From the NCBI GenBank assembly GCA_965207375.1, contig CBDBMG010000002.1, forward strand, positions 64,001 to 128,000: a stretch of 64,000 nucleotides of DNA, written 5' to 3'. The notes beneath the pieces were generated by a model, which made no database searches, had not been told where the DNA came from, and saw nothing but the letters and a program-made list of their open reading frames with translations. Numbering within the stretch: the stretch's first letter is position 1; every line of letters begins with the position of its first letter. Of the stretch, positions 13,527 to 35,870 are shown in pieces. Source of the stretch: Nitrosopumilaceae archaeon (lineage in GTDB: Archaea; Thermoproteota; Nitrososphaeria; Nitrososphaerales; Nitrosopumilaceae). The translations under genes were made by a program, and so were the position numbers.

Positions 13527-14479
13527 CACCCGCTTCGCATACCGTATACGGGATATATACTGGGTCATATTACTATTTTTATACAGTAATATCCTGATCC
13601 TATAGGTGGGGTATATTTCACGGAACGGAACGGAACGGAACGGAACGGAACGGAAGTAGTATAAAATGCGGAACGGAAGTATAATATACGGAACAGAAAT
13701 ATTTTGGATAGCCATATGTACGTAGCTGCAAGTTAAGTGACCTTTGTGTACTTCTAACAATAACATAGTCTTGTTTAGTGCATGGCCAGACCCCTTAACG
13801 CGTCTGGAGTGTTAAATGTTAGCTATCAAATTAATAGTCTTAGAGGCCATAGCCATGCATAAGCCGAGCCATAAGCTAATGTGCAAATTCCCCACCTGGA
13901 GTATACACGCACATACATATAGCTATACTATCTCAGTATTCCGAATCTGGCTACGACAGAGCATAAGGATCTGACGCGGATTGAACTGTCAAATAACTAG
14001 CTAGCTACGTAAGTGTATAGCTATACAGTCGTATAGCAGCTAACCAACAGGGCAGAGGCTAGCTGGTCTAGCTACGTAGCTAGCTATTTCCTATTAATAG
14101 CTATAGTTAGTTAATTTGTGCCTCGAGTTGTGCTGCTACCATGCCGGCACTACATTTATAATGTACGCGGCCATGCAAAGTTTGCTAAAACCATAGATTA
14201 TACTAGCTATCTATGTTAAAATATATGCTAGCTCAAGCGAGTTTGTTAGCAAGGATGAATGAATGCATGAATTAATACAATCCGAAATACAATCGGATAT
14301 AATCAGTGAAAAAAAGTTTGTCGCTTCCGGCGGAAGTGTTCCGTTTCCGTTCCGTTCCATTCCGTGAAATATACCCCACCGATCCTATATGACTAATATA
14401 TGACAAGTATTTCTACATGATTTTTAAATCACGATGAATTATCTCGTGAATTATAGACATAGTAAATGAAATCCAGATC
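13527..14479 (+). repeat. Left TIR (168 bp, split by a nested insertion)
   Basis: cacccgcttcgcataccgtatacgggata...gatcctata [insert] tgactaatatatgac...atccagatc. Confidence 0.93.
13605..14380. mobile_element. Non-autonomous Mutator-like element (9-bp TSD) inside the left TIR
   Basis: TIR ggtggggtatatttcacggaa / ttccgtgaaatataccccacc with (CGGAA)n subterminal repeats; TSD gatcctata at 13596-13604 and 14381-14389. Confidence 0.9.
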
Positions 14480-15602
14480 TCGATGCAGATCCAACCAGCA
14501 ATCCTGATTGATCTCCTGATTTTACCGAGATTTTGTAAGTTATGATTACCATTATGATTATGCTATCATTAGCTACTTACAGAAACTATTCCTTATCTTA
14601 GTTATGCTGTGTCCTCGGATTTGTTGCCGGTTTAAGTTATTCTGATTTGCCCGCCCGGAATTGCCACAATTTCAGTAGTTCATTGGAGGAGTATAAAACA
14701 GGCTTACCGATCCTTTTAGTATGTACATAGGGTTTAGGCGTTGCCACCTGCTTATTATTTTGCCAATTACGTACTAGCATTCACAAAAGGCAGAGCCTTT
14801 GTGGCATATAACCATCAAGTTCAGGGTTGTCTGTATAAGCATATATATGAAGAGGGTGTTTCAGTGGCCTTCTTCAGCACCCACATTATTCCCACCAAGT
14901 TGTACTTGTAGCTACTACTTGCTGAAAGTAATATCTACTGTGATCCTCCCTGTAGGAAATTATATACATAGTGGGACAATACATGATAAAGGAATACCGA
15001 TGTATGAGGGTTGAGCAATAATAAAATTTTGTCACGATATACGTATCACGAGAGTAATTTATCACAATAATCGATATTAATTTTAGCTACATGCAGTAAC
15101 AGTACTACATGCAGTCTAAAGGCACTAAAATTATGAACACAGGGTGAAGTGTTTTACTGATGTCACAAAATCCGGATACTTTTGAGAAATCAATAGTCAC
15201 TATGTTTACAATAATATTGTGTTGTCCGATATTACGATACTGATTATCATGACACTTTAATATGTATCACGAGAAATGATAATATTTCCCAACCCTATAT
15301 GATGCGTCATGTCAAAAGTATCATGATACCATGATACATTGCTGGTTTTTTAAAGCATTTGTGTGTATATTCTCTATGATAAACACCTGAAGCCAATGAT
15401 ATAGTTACATGGGATAAATCTAAACCCCAGTAAGTATGTACACAAAGCCTTTTCTCATATCATCTTCAACAAAAGTATTTATGCATTACAAATATATTGA
15501 CACCGCGAACCGAGTATCATTGCATCATTATTATAATGGTGAATATGCATATGTTGTATTGCAATACATCAATGCACCACCCCAGCATGTGATGTGTGTA
15601 CC

Positions 15603-15647
<45 letters not shown>

Positions 15648-16029
15648 ATAGGGTTTGTTTTATGTGTGAAACTATGTACAAGCACAGCCACCCTTCCTGC
15701 TGTCATACTCTATATAAGACTTTGTTTACCACCCATTTGTTTACCACCCATTTGTTTACCACAACACTTATGTACATAATACAACTAAATATCATCTACC
15801 TCATTTCAAATTTCCAACATATTTCAGCAACCCTTTAGCTATCCTGTTCACTACTGCCACACATTTGATTAGGTGCCATTGTTTGTGCAACCACTTTATA
15901 GTGTCAAAGTTTCCAAGCTTCATGATTATGATAATTTTATAACAAATGTAACAATATTATTTGTATTCCAGGACAATACGTATATACATGAAATCATTGT
16001 AGTATTATGTACGTATGCACATGTATTAC

Positions 16030-16136
<107 letters not shown>

Positions 16137-16225
16137 CGTGTACATGTCCATAAGTAACTACATATTTTGTGGTATATGGCTATGTTTTAAATAGAATACA
16201 GCTTACGTATATCATTGTGGCAATA

Positions 16226-23870
<7,645 letters not shown>

Positions 23871-24007
23871 TATGTATGACTGCTGTATAGGTTGACTCAC
23901 ATGTTGCAATTGATTATAGATTTAGTATGGAATTAATCTTCCAAAACAAAAAACTGGGAAGCTACGTAGCATAATTCACACACCCCATAGAATTACTAAT
24001 ATATATT

Positions 24008-24097
<90 letters not shown>

Positions 24098-24332
24098 GCA
24101 TTTATATGTACATTGTACATACATACACAGCATTTGCAATTATTAATGAATGATCATGATCATATGCATGCATGATCAGCAAGTGAATGATCAGAGCAGT
24201 GAAGCATACATACATTTCAACATGTAAGACATGTACATATAAGACAACGCATCTAATCAGTTGAAGAAAATCATGTATACTTGTGAATGTGGAGTGATTT
24301 AAAGTTACATTTTCAATTCATTACCATGCATA

Positions 24333-24572
24333 TGTGACCGGCTCTGGGAAAATCCTCCATGTTAGCGTATTTTACGTAGCTTCACACAAATAGCTGCTAG
24401 TTCCACCAATTTTTAATTCCTTTATATTAAAATGTAGCTGGATCATTTGTCAACTAATATGCAAGTTTCTACAACATAACAAGAAATGGTTAAAGAGTTA
24501 TGACTTTTTGAAGTTCTAAAATGGATCAAAATTTGCACACTAACATGGAGGGTTTTCGCAGAGCCAGTCACA
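24333..24572. mobile_element. MITE with TGTGAC...GTCACA termini
   Basis: tgtgaccggctctgggaaaatcctccatgttag / ctaacatggagggttttcgcagagccagtcaca, flanked by ta. Confidence 0.8.
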
Positions 24573-24809
24573 TATACGTAGGTGTACATGTTGTCATTAC
24601 ATACTTTCATTATGCATGTATATATGTATGCGCATATGCATAATTTATGGTGTACGTATATATATACACACATGTACATGCATCTTGCCAATATACGTAC
24701 ACTGAAACAGCTGGTTATAGTAATGTATAATATTATATCAAATTTTGAAAGCGAAAAATAGGCCTAGAGATGAGTACACATACATGCACATGCTGGAATA
24801 ATTCCAATA

Positions 24810-24982
24810 CCGTATAGCAGGATATTTTCAAAATCAAAAAAAACATTAGTGGAAATGATTTCGAAAAAATATTTTCGAAAACCTATGATAGCATTTATAT
24901 AGCTATAATAGTTACCTAGCAATTTCGAAAATTCTTGACCATTTTTGAAAATTTAACCATTCAAAAATTTCCCGCTATACGG
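24810..24982. mobile_element. Tc1/mariner-type MITE, TA TSD
   Basis: ta|ccgtatagcagga ... tcccgctatacgg|ta. Confidence 0.75.
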
Positions 24983-27900
24983 TAACAGGAATCGAAAGCA
25001 TAAATAATTCCAGGAATAAAAAAATAATGATAAAGGACAGCAATGTCGCATTGATGAATTTTAATGATATCATGATCAATAAATATAATAAACAGATCTA
25101 GAGTCCATCCCATGCAATAGGTTTAATTTAACAACAAGTTTCAGATCGTGCCCCAGATCTAGAGACGTGTTGCTATATTATTATATATACTGTTGCATGT
25201 GGACTGCTTTAATAGAGTATCTTGATCTTGCTAACCTGGAATCACTCAATGGAATATTGAGAATAGAAAGCTTGCCAAAAAGATTGTTTGTAAAAGCACA
25301 AATATATAATAATGTGCTCATCTTGAGGAAAGAGTTTTGATTCATTGATTCACTTCATGCATGAGAAGTGTGTGTGTGCATCCGTGTGTGTGTACACGTG
25401 AGTGTGTGCGTGTATGTGTGGCATGTGAGTGAAATTATATTATGTATAACATATATATATGTGTATAGTAATTACGTACACATGTAAAAGAAATTATATA
25501 TATGTGTATAGTAATTACGTACACATGTAAAAGAAATTGCAAATTAATTTTTTCTTGTGCACATGATTGTGTAATGCCATTTACATACGTATGTATTGTG
25601 CAAGTGTTATACACATAAAAACCACTTGATCTGATAATAATATGTTTATACATGTATGGTTAGTGAACGTACAAGCTGACAGTACATACATGCATATGTA
25701 GATATTATTTCCTACTGTTACCATTTACCATACATACAAGGTATATACTTGCACATGTACATGTACACAATCCATGATAATGCATATGGTTTGGTTTCAC
25801 TTAGAGGTACTAGATCGAGTTATTTCAAAAACAGGTCCTTTTGATATTAATCTCTGCAGTTTTTCCTGCTTCTCAGCTCTTTTTTCTACCAATTCAACTA
25901 ATCTTATTGAGTTTTTCAGAACTTCTACTGGAATGTCTTGGTAACTCATCGATTTCCGAGTAAATTCTACAGGAAATGTGATATAATTATATTATGTGCA
26001 GCTTTCATAACAACATTCCTAGCTACATATAGTTACGTGTACATATACATATACTATAATCAAGAGTATATTGAACACTTGCGTATCCTATTATTATAAC
26101 AATAGGGGTGAAACAAATATCAATCAAACAATCTTTGTCTATAACACAAACAAAGCAAAATAATCTGAGTATTACTGGTACGTGGTATGACCAATACAAA
26201 AAGGGATGCAAAATGTGATATTAGCTTAATAACAGCTATTAACAAGCATTAAGTTTCTGTTTACTTGTGGATTTTAACTGTTATAATGAGGGAATACTTA
26301 ATAGTTAATATGCAAATTCAAAATAAATTCGAATAATAATTAACAACGAATACCAATTATTCGGTAATATTTGTTTCAGCCCTAATACAGTTTACCACAG
26401 TCTATCGATGAAAATAAAATAATTGCAAAGCCGTATGTACATACATACATACATACATATGTAGGCAGGGATTTCAATGTAAGTATATAAGTGACTGTAT
26501 ATACGTACGTACATGTATGTGTATACAAGCAAGTGCATAGCATGTGTATATGTGTAGTGCACATGTGTATGAGTGCTTGTCTGTGTCAATACGCACCTTG
26601 TTTTCTCTCAGTTATTTTAAGTGGGCTTGGACCCTGCAAATTTGTCACAAGTTCACTCAAGTCATCATCAGCACTCTGCAATGTCAAGGTATGTATATTC
26701 CATGAGGTACATAAATTTTACAGTTTTACTTTTATTGACTCCAAGTAAGATTCACGCATATGTCTTTGTATTCTCCAGTTTTGTACTTCCATTTCTTCAT
26801 CTGATTCCTCCTCACTCTCACTTGTTGATGCTCCATTACGTGACTCATCATATGCATTATGAGGCAAATTACATTCTAAAGTTGTGATTCACAAAGCATT
26901 GTTGTTATTCACAACCACAGGTTCTATAGATTATGAGACAATTTTATGCGTAGCTACGTATGTAGCGAGCTACGTATGTATAATTTTTATGTATAACTTG
27001 GATTCCACAAACTTTCAAAGGCTTATACGTAGCTATTTAGTTCAAAAGTTCCTAACTTGGCATGATATTTATGTAATACTGATACTATTTTCTACTGTGA
27101 TCATAACTCAAAGTCATTTATTAAAACTGCTGCACTGCGGTAAATGTGCACCCTTTTGGGAGCGAAAACAAATAATTTATTTACGTACAAGATACGGATT
27201 TATATTTTAGTGCATTTATTGTAACTAATAGTAAATCTCTGTGGCAAAAGCAGGCATTCAACCTGTCATACGAACTTTCATAGGTTGTAATCGACATTCA
27301 TTTATGCATTATATATACAGTGAAAAATGAATAAGTTGGTTAGTTGCTTCTAGCTACAGACTAGATTATTTTAGCCAAACATGCAGTTAAGCATACAAAC
27401 ATAGTATTGACAACAAAATGAGATGATTGAATCAGACTTTATATTATAATAATCCTGATCACACACAATACTGAGTATTGTGTACTGTTTTACCTTGAAT
27501 TGAAACAGCAAATGAACTGCTTTGTTGACAACAAAGTGATTCACTGTAATCAGCATCAGTAGATGAATTATACTCTATATATGTACGTATACAGGTTGGC
27601 AGTAACATGTATGGTAAATCGCTATATCATACATACTATGCCACAAACACACAAAGAAGAGGCAATGCACACTTTATAGTATACACATGTACGTACGTAG
27701 CTCATACATTATACCTTGATTTGATGCACTAATACTGTGTTGCGGTTGCTCAAGACAAGCAAACGATTGCATGTCACTACTAGGATTCACATCAGAAATT
27801 GCACAAGATGGGCCTTGAAGTAAATCTAATAAGAAAACACAATACAAAATACATAATACATGATTCCATACAGTGTCAAGACATACGTATAATACAATTA

Positions 27901-29522
27901 ACATATGATTTCTACACTCTAAATAATAATTCAATGTGATCACTAGGCCTGATTTGAATTATGAAAAGTACTATGTATACGTATGTATGTACATACAAAT
28001 TATGTCCACATGGTTTTTAGCAGCTACGTAGCTAAGCAGTTAACCAGGTGAAACCATCAATAACTATATCTAGGGTTGAAATAAAAAATCTATATGCTTA
28101 GCTGTAACTAGTTCATAGTTTCTGCTAGTATATAGCTGTCAAGTACATACCTTGATTTGATGTGGCAACAGGATTTTGGTAAGAGCTAGCAATTTCATCT
28201 TCTGAACAGTCATCAGAACCAAGACATGTTTCTGTTTCAGAATCTTCTGTGTCAATTGTATATATACGTATATTACATACGTACATATGTTTAGCAGAAA
28301 ATATTACATAATAAATTAGTCACACATAGATGATTCTACTTTGTGAATCATGCAAGACCTGCTAATTTTTTGTCCTGCTGAGGGTATAAAAATTTGAGAC
28401 TCGTTCACCTTTACGATGCCTCTTTATTCACATTTTTGCTTACATTCACTGTTTTTATGGCTTTCAAGCCATCAAATGCACTGCTGGTCAAAACTAAACA
28501 TATAAAATGCTGAATACAGTGAAACTTCTAAATAACGGACACTTTGGAACCAGCTAATTTTACTTTTATAGAGAGGTTGTCCTCTTTAAGAGGTGTGTAG
28601 TAGCTATAGCTACATGTAGAAAATATGCAAATGTGAGATACATATATGGCAGCATCATACAGGTACGTAGTTATATATACATATATGTAGCTATAAACCT
28701 TGTTCTGATGTTGTACAATGCCTAGTCAAAAATGCATCCAATTCATTTGTGTCTATATATTTCGCAAAACACTGGAGAGATTTTAGCTGGTCAAGACATT
28801 TAATACTTGCTTTTTTCAAAAAACATATCTTTCCCAATTTGTGTAAATGTATTTCATCTTCTGAATGCTTGTAGAATTTAGCCTTTCTTATTAAGTGTTC
28901 ATAAATACCAATATAATAGTGGATACAATTCAACATTTCATCTTTAATTCTAACAACTTCTTCTTGAGCTCTTGATATTTGTTGGTAGAACTGAACAGCT
29001 TGATACTTCATTGAATTTGGAACTGTTGATTCACTATATAAACAATCTGCGTAAATCTGACTGGACAGATTTACAGCCTCTGGCCAAGACAAATGGCACA
29101 ACGGATTAATCCCAGTATTATATTCATTCAAGCACTTCTTTAGTGATTTGGTGACTACTGTGATTCGTCTTGCTAAACGAATAGCAATCTTTTGTCCATC
29201 TAGCAAAATATGGTGACAACAAAACCTTGGGCTATAGTATAGCTATGTATAACTTATATACTACGGCATATCATGTACACCCTTTAGGATTACAAAATAC
29301 GTAAATATCCTGTGATGCAACAAACATGTTTTAGTAATACGATTTGCCTAAATACGTATGTCAAGAAAAAAGCAGCTAATAATAAATCTTGCTGGTGTAC
29401 TGGAATGCTTTTGATATCTTGGTCAAAGTAGGCCTATGTTGGCTATGTACGTATGTAAAGTGCAAAATATACATGTACATACACTGATCGATGCACTTTC
29501 CCTTAGACATCTAGCTACTGTA

Positions 29523-29717
29523 CCGTATACGTCAAAACAGTCGAGGGGGAAAACTTTCGTGGTTAGAGCAAAAACGAAAATTCAACGGGAAAACTTTTGT
29601 GGTAGAAGCTTCTTGTAATAATGAATGCCTAGTCTAGTGAAGTTTTCGACGGGAAAACTTTCGCGATTGAGCAAAAACCGCGAAAGTTTTCTGCCTCGAC
29701 TATTTTGACATATACGG
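29523..29717. mobile_element. Tc1/mariner-type MITE, TA TSD (intronic)
   Basis: ta|ccgtatacgtcaaaacagtcgagg ... cctcgactattttgacatatacgg|ta. Confidence 0.85.
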
Positions 29718-32700
29718 TATTCCTTTGGGAGTTGTATATGTTACTATGATCACACAATTTCAACACGGCATAACATAACTATAGCTACATACCTGCATAT
29801 TTTGACTTCATCCTAAGTAAAAACCACCTTTCTCGTGCATATTGTCTTATCTGAATCTTCAGTTTGCCTCTTAGATTTGACTTTATCACTTTCTTAGTTT
29901 CCTTATATGCTTGACAGCTAGGTGTCCAACGTGAAATTCCATGTTCCTGCTCAATCTTTTACAGTAACATTTCTATCCTAAAGTATATAATGACATAGCT
30001 ACAACAGCTAGCTATATACGTACTTTAAATAGATAATATTTAAAATAGCATTAATAGTTATGTACGTAGCTACAAATGTGCATGCTATCTGCTTTTAGTC
30101 TGTAGATACCATAAACAGTAAAAAGAAAACTTTCCTGGATTTTCAATAAACCGTAAAACTGTTCCCTACTATTTTTAGAAATTTAACTCCTGTATGCTTT
30201 CATTCTTGCTAAGCAAAACTGCAAAACTTTTCCTACGTACATTATGCATGAACACGTTAAATCGTAAAAGTTTTGTCACTTATGGTATAGCTACGTAACA
30301 CTTCATGAAATACTGATACCTTTACTTACTTTATGAGATTACAAGTTACAGCTTGCATAGTAGTGCTATCAATTGTTGACTGTTGCAAAGAATTTCTAAT
30401 AATGCCAAATGACAATTTGTAATTGAATGTAAACATTAAGCTAGCTACTGCATGGGTACATACAAAAATATAGGGCGAGTAAACTTGCACCAGCGATGTA
30501 TAGCCATTGGCACCTTTGATTATGACGTCACCATCTTAGTATATAAAATAATTTATAATTATATATTAATACCTGATGGATAGAAAAGAGTCAAGATGTC
30601 TTATATAAGTTTTTTGCCATGTTGGAGGAACACTTCTTGAAACTAAGAAACATGTACAATGCATTTTCTATGTATGTAGCTAGATAATTAAATGTCTACA
30701 TATTTTACTAATACAAACTTAATTAGGTAACAACTTCCCAATACAATAGCTATACCAATATAGCTATACAACACACAATGTCATACCCAATTCATCAGAA
30801 AAGTGAATTTTAGCTTCATGTGCCCATGCAGAAATGCTTGCCTCAGTCACCTCCTCTGTACAATTATTGTACATATACATATGTACGTATATATAGCTAT
30901 ATGTATTATATTATATATATGCTTAATTATAAATTAATAGTATGAATCCTTTAACTATAATTATTTCACTTAGGACTAGTTGAAAGTATAGCTAGTTGTG
31001 TGTAACATGAGAAATTTCTAACTAGATTTGAATCCTTGCTTACAGAAGCTAAGTACATAGCTGCACAGACCAAAGATTGCATTAAGGATTTGTTTTATGT
31101 AAAGGTATATATACATATGTATACATATACCTGGAGATTCTGCCTGCAAATTTTGTAAATTTTCCTTGGCTTCTGATAATGCATGATTTGCATTATCCAT
31201 ACGTCTACACAACAGGACACCTATACATAGAAATCAAATATACACATAGATAGACAGATACATACACATATGAAACACAAAAAATCATGATCCTAATTAT
31301 AGCCACTATTTCTCGGATTTACCTATATTCTCAGTAGCATATCTACCATAATGTAAAAGCGCATGACTGAGTACATCAGTCCTATGTGATGGCCTCATTT
31401 CTTTAGTCATAGCAGCAAACCTCCTCAAATATGACCAAAGCCTTTCTACCGCTTCACCATCACTGAGGCCATAACCAGTGATATTCCTTGGGTTCCTCAA
31501 GACCTAATCAAAATACATGGACTTGTATAATGCAATAATGTATTTATGTAGCTACGTATACCTGACATTCGGCTTTGTGTCCATACGCATGGAACACAGG
31601 CACAGCAAAAGAAAACTTTGACAATAGATCATCACGTTTATTTGCCTATATATGCATATATGTGTATATATCTTTAAAATAATTTTCTAACTTCTAAATG
31701 CTTTGATAGCACACAAGCAATGTCATACATTGCTTGTACTTCATGATTACGGTACATGGAGTTCAGGCGTTCAAGAATGTACACGCAATAGGCAATTCTA
31801 TTATAGAAATATATCCAAGTAGCTATTTATCATTAAAGAGATATACCTTTCTCCATGAAAAAGGTTGATAAAAAGTAATGGATATTCATGGCGACACACG
31901 ACGCCCATTATGGCTGTCTCGCTTAATGCTGCAAATCTACTACGTGATCTTAAAGCGTGGCCTGCCAAAAATTCATTACAATCCTATGAAACATATAAAC
32001 AATGTACAATTTACAGATAAAAAACATGCTATAAAAGCACTGAACAAAGTAGTGTCTTCATTTGTATGCAGGAATTATTTTTGATGTGGTAGCTATAGCT
32101 TTGTTCAATATGTCTGTTTTTATGGTTTAATGTTTAGTGGTTAATGCCCAATACATAGTGCTTTCCATGCATAGTATGCTTGTGTCCTGGCATATCTATA
32201 GTTGCTACATATATAGGAGGCTGATTATAATTCATAATCAAATGTAATTGATTACACACTTTGATGTAATCATAATCCCAATCATAATCGTAAAAGTGTA
32301 ATCATAATCATATCTACCTAGTTATCAGCTGATTACTCCTCTTTATATCATCTAAATAACACAATTCTTTAATAAGCCAGTTGATCACTTTGATGACACA
32401 TTTTAACCAGCAAGGTGTAGGCTGTCAGTTGAATGTTTAGCTAGAGCTTTTTGTGATTATTAAAATATAATTATAATCACAATGATAATCATATAATCGT
32501 GCATTTTGCATGCCTTGCACCATAGTAGCTAGTATAACAACATTACTGTTATGTACGTATGTATTTGATGTTTGTTGTTACACTACTGTATGCCCATTAA
32601 CAAATACGTAGTGCTGTATGAGCAATAGTAAAAATTTTACTACGTATCATGATAGTTGCAGAGCAACTACGTACGTACGTACGTATTCTGATATAGATAC

Positions 32701-32931
32701 TACCCTGATAGTAATATATATATGTTATTATTATACCAAAAAGCCTTGAAAGTAAACAAGTTAGCTTACACGAGACTTGTTTGAACAGTTTGAAGTATAA
32801 ACATAATGATGATGTCTAGTGGCTTAACTGTATACTATTTGGATATATATGTTATCATCCATAAAACCTCCAAAAGTAAACTATCATGATAATTATTTAG
32901 TAAAATATCCTGATGTTGATATAGTAACTTA

Positions 32932-33311
32932 TAGAGCTGTGCACCTGCAAAAATTTCATCACTGGTTAATTGGCCATAAATAATTGGCGATTATCGGTTA
33001 ATTGGCACCAGTGATATTCATTGTTGCAACAAGGAAATGAGGAGTAAACTTTAAAGATTTTGAGTGTCGGCTATCATATATGTACATTCACCATATAATA
33101 AATATACATGCTGGAGACAACATTCACTTGTACATCATAAAGTCTGGGAAATTAATGTCTCAAATTGGTGTGTCTTGCTTAAATATCTAATATATTAAAG
33201 TGAAATAATTAGAAGCCGATTAATCGGTTATTTAACATGTAATATCGGTTATTGGAATTTTGAAAATAGCCGATCGATTAATCGGTTATTCGGTGAAAGT
33301 GCACAGCACTA
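32932..33311. mobile_element. Intronic TIR element (hAT-like), partial second copy at ~53021-53160
   Basis: tagagctgtgcac / gtgcacagcacta termini. Confidence 0.6.
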
Positions 33312-34527
33312 GACTAACTTATTATCGATACTATCACTCAGCCCTATTTAAAATTGAAAATCCATGCACCATTCAATTTATGCTTTCTATTATCTAGTAC
33401 ACATATAGCTATAGGCAGGTAGCTAGCTAGCATGCACTGTTTTGTTCTTAGTTCTTACACTAGAAATTCTTGAATTAACACCTTCATAATTAGCAACGAA
33501 GTTGTTAACATCATATTGGTCACAAAACATAGTGGTTCCTGACAGTGGCTCATGCACACTGCAGCCATCAGCTTTCTTCCGGCAGAGCCCAAAATTGGCA
33601 TCAATCGATAGTGTAATAATTCCTTGCTCCTGTTTGATTAACACCAGTATGTTATCATATAAATGTTATGTTTTAAAATACTTTAGGACATGCTGGACAT
33701 TTAAATAAGCTTTCATCAACCATCCTTTTTAGTTGTCTTATTTCTTCCTTTAAATGCCTACAACAGACATTGACAAATGTTAATAGAACGTATAATGTTG
33801 CTAGCAGTGACTACCGAAATTCTTCAAAAGTATCGATGAGAACAGGATAAATATTACAAGGCATCTGTGAAAATAAGCGTGCATCTAACAAACTACATGA
33901 AATTAACATATGTATATATGTACATATAGCTAAATTTATTAGACTATAGCAATGTGAATTATCAAGGCTAATGCTCACTTAGAATAAATTTCTAAACTTG
34001 CATATTTACAAGCATTTCTATACGTACATCTTATGATGTCTTGGAGTAATACTATATCCTATATCTAGCTACATATGTATGCTACAGTACATTGTGCTAA
34101 GTACGTAATACCAACTTTTACAAGCTTTTCTTTAACAATCAACTCAACAGCACTACTGAAGTCTTGAACAGCCACCTGGCACTCTAGCAACAATGCTTCC
34201 ATCCAGTTCATAAAAGCTTGTGTAAATGCTAAGCCAGGGCGAGTTGGTGTAGCTGGCCAATATCCTAATTCTATAAGTCTTAAAGCATCAGACTGGCATT
34301 TACAAAATTCAATGTTAAGATTGCGTGGTGTCCCTATGTGTTATAATTAAATTAGACATGGATATAAACGTACATATACCTTCAATATGAAAACATGTAA
34401 TTGTGCGAGTAATCTTTGTATCACACTCATGGCTAGAAATCTTGAGTATAACAGGTGGTAATTTAAGTGGTACAAAGCAGTCATCCTGTGGATATGCATT
34501 GGTAATTGGTAGTTATGAAATAGGTGT

Positions 34528-34658
34528 ATATAACAAATATATGACCTGAGTCCGAGGCCTGAGGAAGTTTACCACGATAAACACCGAGGCCAAAGGCCGA
34601 GGGGTTTATTCATGGCAAATTTCCGAGGACCAAAGACAAAGGTCGTATATTTGTTATA
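34528..34658. mobile_element. Small palindromic element in transposase intron 1
   Basis: atataacaaatatatgacct ... aggtcgtatatttgttatat with central ggccaaaggcc. Confidence 0.6.
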
Positions 34659-35644
34659 TTCACCATATTAGCCATCGTTTATATGATATATACTATGATG
34701 TGCACTAGTAAGTGTATATGCTTGTATATACACCTTAGAATTCCTTTGATGTATGGATTAATCGTATATTTATTCGTATATATACACATAATTGTACCTG
34801 CCATAACTCTGGAAAGTGGTGGTAATGCAGTTTACTGAGAATATCAAAGCAACAGCTTTGACACATAAACAATGGCCCACATTGCTGGCACCGCACACTA
34901 GCATCTTCACTGTTACAGATAGCACACTTGTTGCAGGGTGGCAAAGCATACATTTCAATCATTTTTTGTATGCACTGGTTCTCAAAGTATTCCATTTTTC
35001 AGCTAATTTTTCTTTGCGCCTTGTATGCATACTAACTGGAGGATCATCTTCTTGATAGTTCTGTGGTGGTAAATCAGCAGTCTCAGTACTGATGGTTGAG
35101 GATACACTACTAATGACTGTATCTGGCAAAGAAACAGTAACCTCTTCACTTGTGAACCTGTACCTTTTCTTCTGTCCTTTTCGGGCAGATAAGAAATTAA
35201 GAGGAACTTTGTTCCTCTTTCTTTTAAAACGTGAAGTGAATGGTTGCATATCTGTTGTTGCAGTGGCTATTATCGTTATTGATACAACTAAACAATAAGT
35301 CTTATAAACTGATGTCACATAGAAGATTGTGCTGAGCTTAAACAAACCTACATATAACAATACAGAGTAACATGCAGAGACAAGTAGTAATACACCAACT
35401 CCATACAAAACATAAATGCACGAATAGAATACTGCATGCTAATATAATTAACTTGAGTCTTTAAATTATACGTAATTATAACTACATAGCTACTTCCTCA
35501 CAGCTATACTGCAGACTATTATTGTTAATGGACTGAACATATTCTAATTGTCTAGGTATATATAAAGATTGATCATGAATATTTGACTTGTGAACTAGTC
35601 ACGCATAGCCAGACTGCTTTTTCCATTTTTATTGATGGTGGCGG

Positions 35645-35870
35645 AATAAAGGGTCTGGTTATACATACCTTAACATAGACTCTTTTGTGTTGTAGAATCC
35701 ACAAATTTTGGCTGTGTTGATTGGTGATGAAAAGCCTAAAAAGACTTGATAAGTGATGCAGTAAATTAAGTAGCTATTGTATAGCTTCCTGCTTGCTTAA
35801 CAGCAACCACCAAAATTTGTGGATTCTATAACACAAAAGAGTCTATGTTAAGGTAACCAGACCCTTTATT
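35645..35870. repeat. Inverted repeat element upstream of transposase start
   Basis: aataaagggtctggtta...ccttaacatagactcttttgtgtt...aatccacaaattttgg mirrored by ccaaaatttgtggatt...aacacaaaagagtctatgttaagg taaccagaccctttatt. Confidence 0.7.

Larger units (their letters stand above)
25797..35249 (-). pseudogene. CxC-cluster + KDZ transposase, ~20 exons, disrupted
   Basis: Phase-compatible GT-AG exons 35249-34798, 34485-34380, 34333-34116 (FCKC...LIELGYWPATPTRPGLAFT), 33864-33815, 33757-33682 (CPACP), 33629-33459 (SIDANFGL), 31983-31847 (VCRHE...GER), 31797-31692 (YDIAC), 31645-31562 (PVFHAYGHKAECQ), 31503-31323 (GLSDGEAVERLWS), then exons near 31220, 30850, 30640, 30390, 29977-29793, 29200-28700, 28200, 27800, 26923-26597 and 25966-25797. 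Lesions: frameshift in A6 run at 34962-34967, TAA at 29959-29961, TGA at 26889-26891. Confidence 0.9.

Noticed and set aside
25797-25966. Run of in-frame TGA codons suggesting CpG decay in the last transposase exon
   Set aside because: They lie in the wrong frame; the phase-correct frame is open to TGA at 25797-25799.
26666-26730. Second apparent stop (TAA 26718-26720) in a late transposase exon
   Set aside because: Falls within a plausible 54-nt GT-AG intron, typical of this gene's short introns.
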